Shown: one piece after another, positions 40,977-41,636 of the stretch
Numbering within the stretch: the first letter of the stretch is position 1
Layout of the letters: every line of letters starts with the position of its first letter
DNA from: an uncultured Terriglobales bacterium
GTDB lineage: Bacteria > Acidobacteriota > Terriglobia > Terriglobales > Acidobacteriaceae
Assembly: GCA_964424245.1 (NCBI GenBank)
Contig: CAYRII010000001.1
Location: 1 to 41,636 of the forward strand
Direction: 5' to 3'
DNA length: 41,636 bases
Position numbers and translations under genes: made by a program
Notes under the pieces: model-generated
The model's database searches: none
Seen by the model: the letters and a program-made list of their open reading frames with translations, nothing else
What the model was told of the DNA's origin: nothing

Positions 40977-41636
<660 letters not shown>

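Overview
This is a 41.6-kb, very GC-rich, densely coding chromosomal segment. The protein repertoire (MacB-type permeases, a Ser/Thr kinase-TPR fusion, an ECF sigma module, tandem signal peptidases, AsmA) and the REP-like intergenic motifs look Acidobacteriota-like. That assignment is inference only; no search was possible. I call about 39 protein genes and one tRNA-Ala(GGC). Most are housekeeping: lpxB (partial), malQ, ppiD-like, kdsC, lhr, rnc, two lepB copies, scpA/scpB, rluB, hisC, mutM, purA (partial), hbd-like, a ROK glucokinase and an M50 protease. Many long ORFs in the six-frame track are antisense artefacts of the high GC content, and I rejected them. I found no CRISPR array, no intact mobile element and no complete recognisable defence system. 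The only clearly accessory stretch is 7035-10025. It is A/T-richer and gene-poor, and it carries a decapitated Ser/Thr-kinase stub, a stub resembling the N-terminal region of a large Eco57I/COG1002-type DNA methyltransferase, REP-like elements, a perfect 15-bp tandem duplication and an orphan near-consensus promoter. I read it as an eroded, horizontally acquired (possibly defence) island. Other items worth a second look: (1) a secreted M1-peptidase-fold protein with both catalytic motifs erased, fused to TPRs; (2) two MacB-type permeases with no ATPase or adaptor gene, separated by five GCAGGAR heptamers; (3) a double zinc-ribbon ORF divergently paired with lhr through back-to-back leaderless-type promoters; (4) a PilZ-TM-Cys-pair-domain protein; (5) a compact ECF sigma / ZAS anti-sigma / secreted-TPR module with an ECF-type promoter; (6) four tandem 13-mers beside the tRNA. 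All functional calls rest on motifs read by eye and need HMM or BLAST confirmation.
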